A DNA stretch of 15,567 nt from Promethearchaeota archaeon (GTDB lineage Archaea; Asgardarchaeota; Lokiarchaeia; Sigyniarchaeales; SOKP01). The notes under the pieces were generated by a model. That model ran no database searches and had not been told where the DNA came from. It worked only from the letters and a program-made list of their open reading frames with translations. The stretch covers positions 1-15,567 of the forward strand of contig JBHLME010000108.1 in NCBI GenBank assembly GCA_048938445.1, read 5' to 3'. Below are positions 15,481-15,567 of the stretch, piece by piece; the first letter of the stretch is position 1; every line of letters begins with the position of its first letter. Position numbers and translations under genes: made by a program.

Positions 15481-15567
15481 CAAGATACAATCCTCACTTT
15501 ACATAACTATAGGTAAGGTACTATTCCTTTAGTGAAATTTTGACCCTTATCAATTCTTAATTTTACT

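Overview
AT-rich archaeal window, most likely from an Asgard archaeon (Lokiarchaeia/Promethearchaeota-like). This assignment is an inference from GGTGA-type RBSs, a longin-like protein and the protein styles. It holds 13 credible CDSs. The left and middle parts contain an RHH-type regulator followed by comD-comE (ThDP sulfopyruvate/phosphonopyruvate decarboxylase), a membrane-anchored beta-helix surface protein with nine polyglycine hairpin inserts, a SagB-type FMN oxidoreductase, a small Cys/His protein, lpdA, a MOFRL glycerate kinase and a FixC/FixX-like pair. The most interesting part is the right end (11070-15483), three adjacent genes for soluble proteins that resemble eukaryotic vesicle-coat/adaptor building blocks: a 721-aa protein with a probable mu-homology domain (MHD) plus extra Ig-like modules, a BBS2/ITFG2-like beta-propeller with two C-terminal winged helices, and a stand-alone longin (sigma-adaptin/sedlin-like) domain. 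All domain calls come from motif recognition by eye and need HMM/structure confirmation. No rRNA, tRNA, CRISPR array or mobile element was seen.
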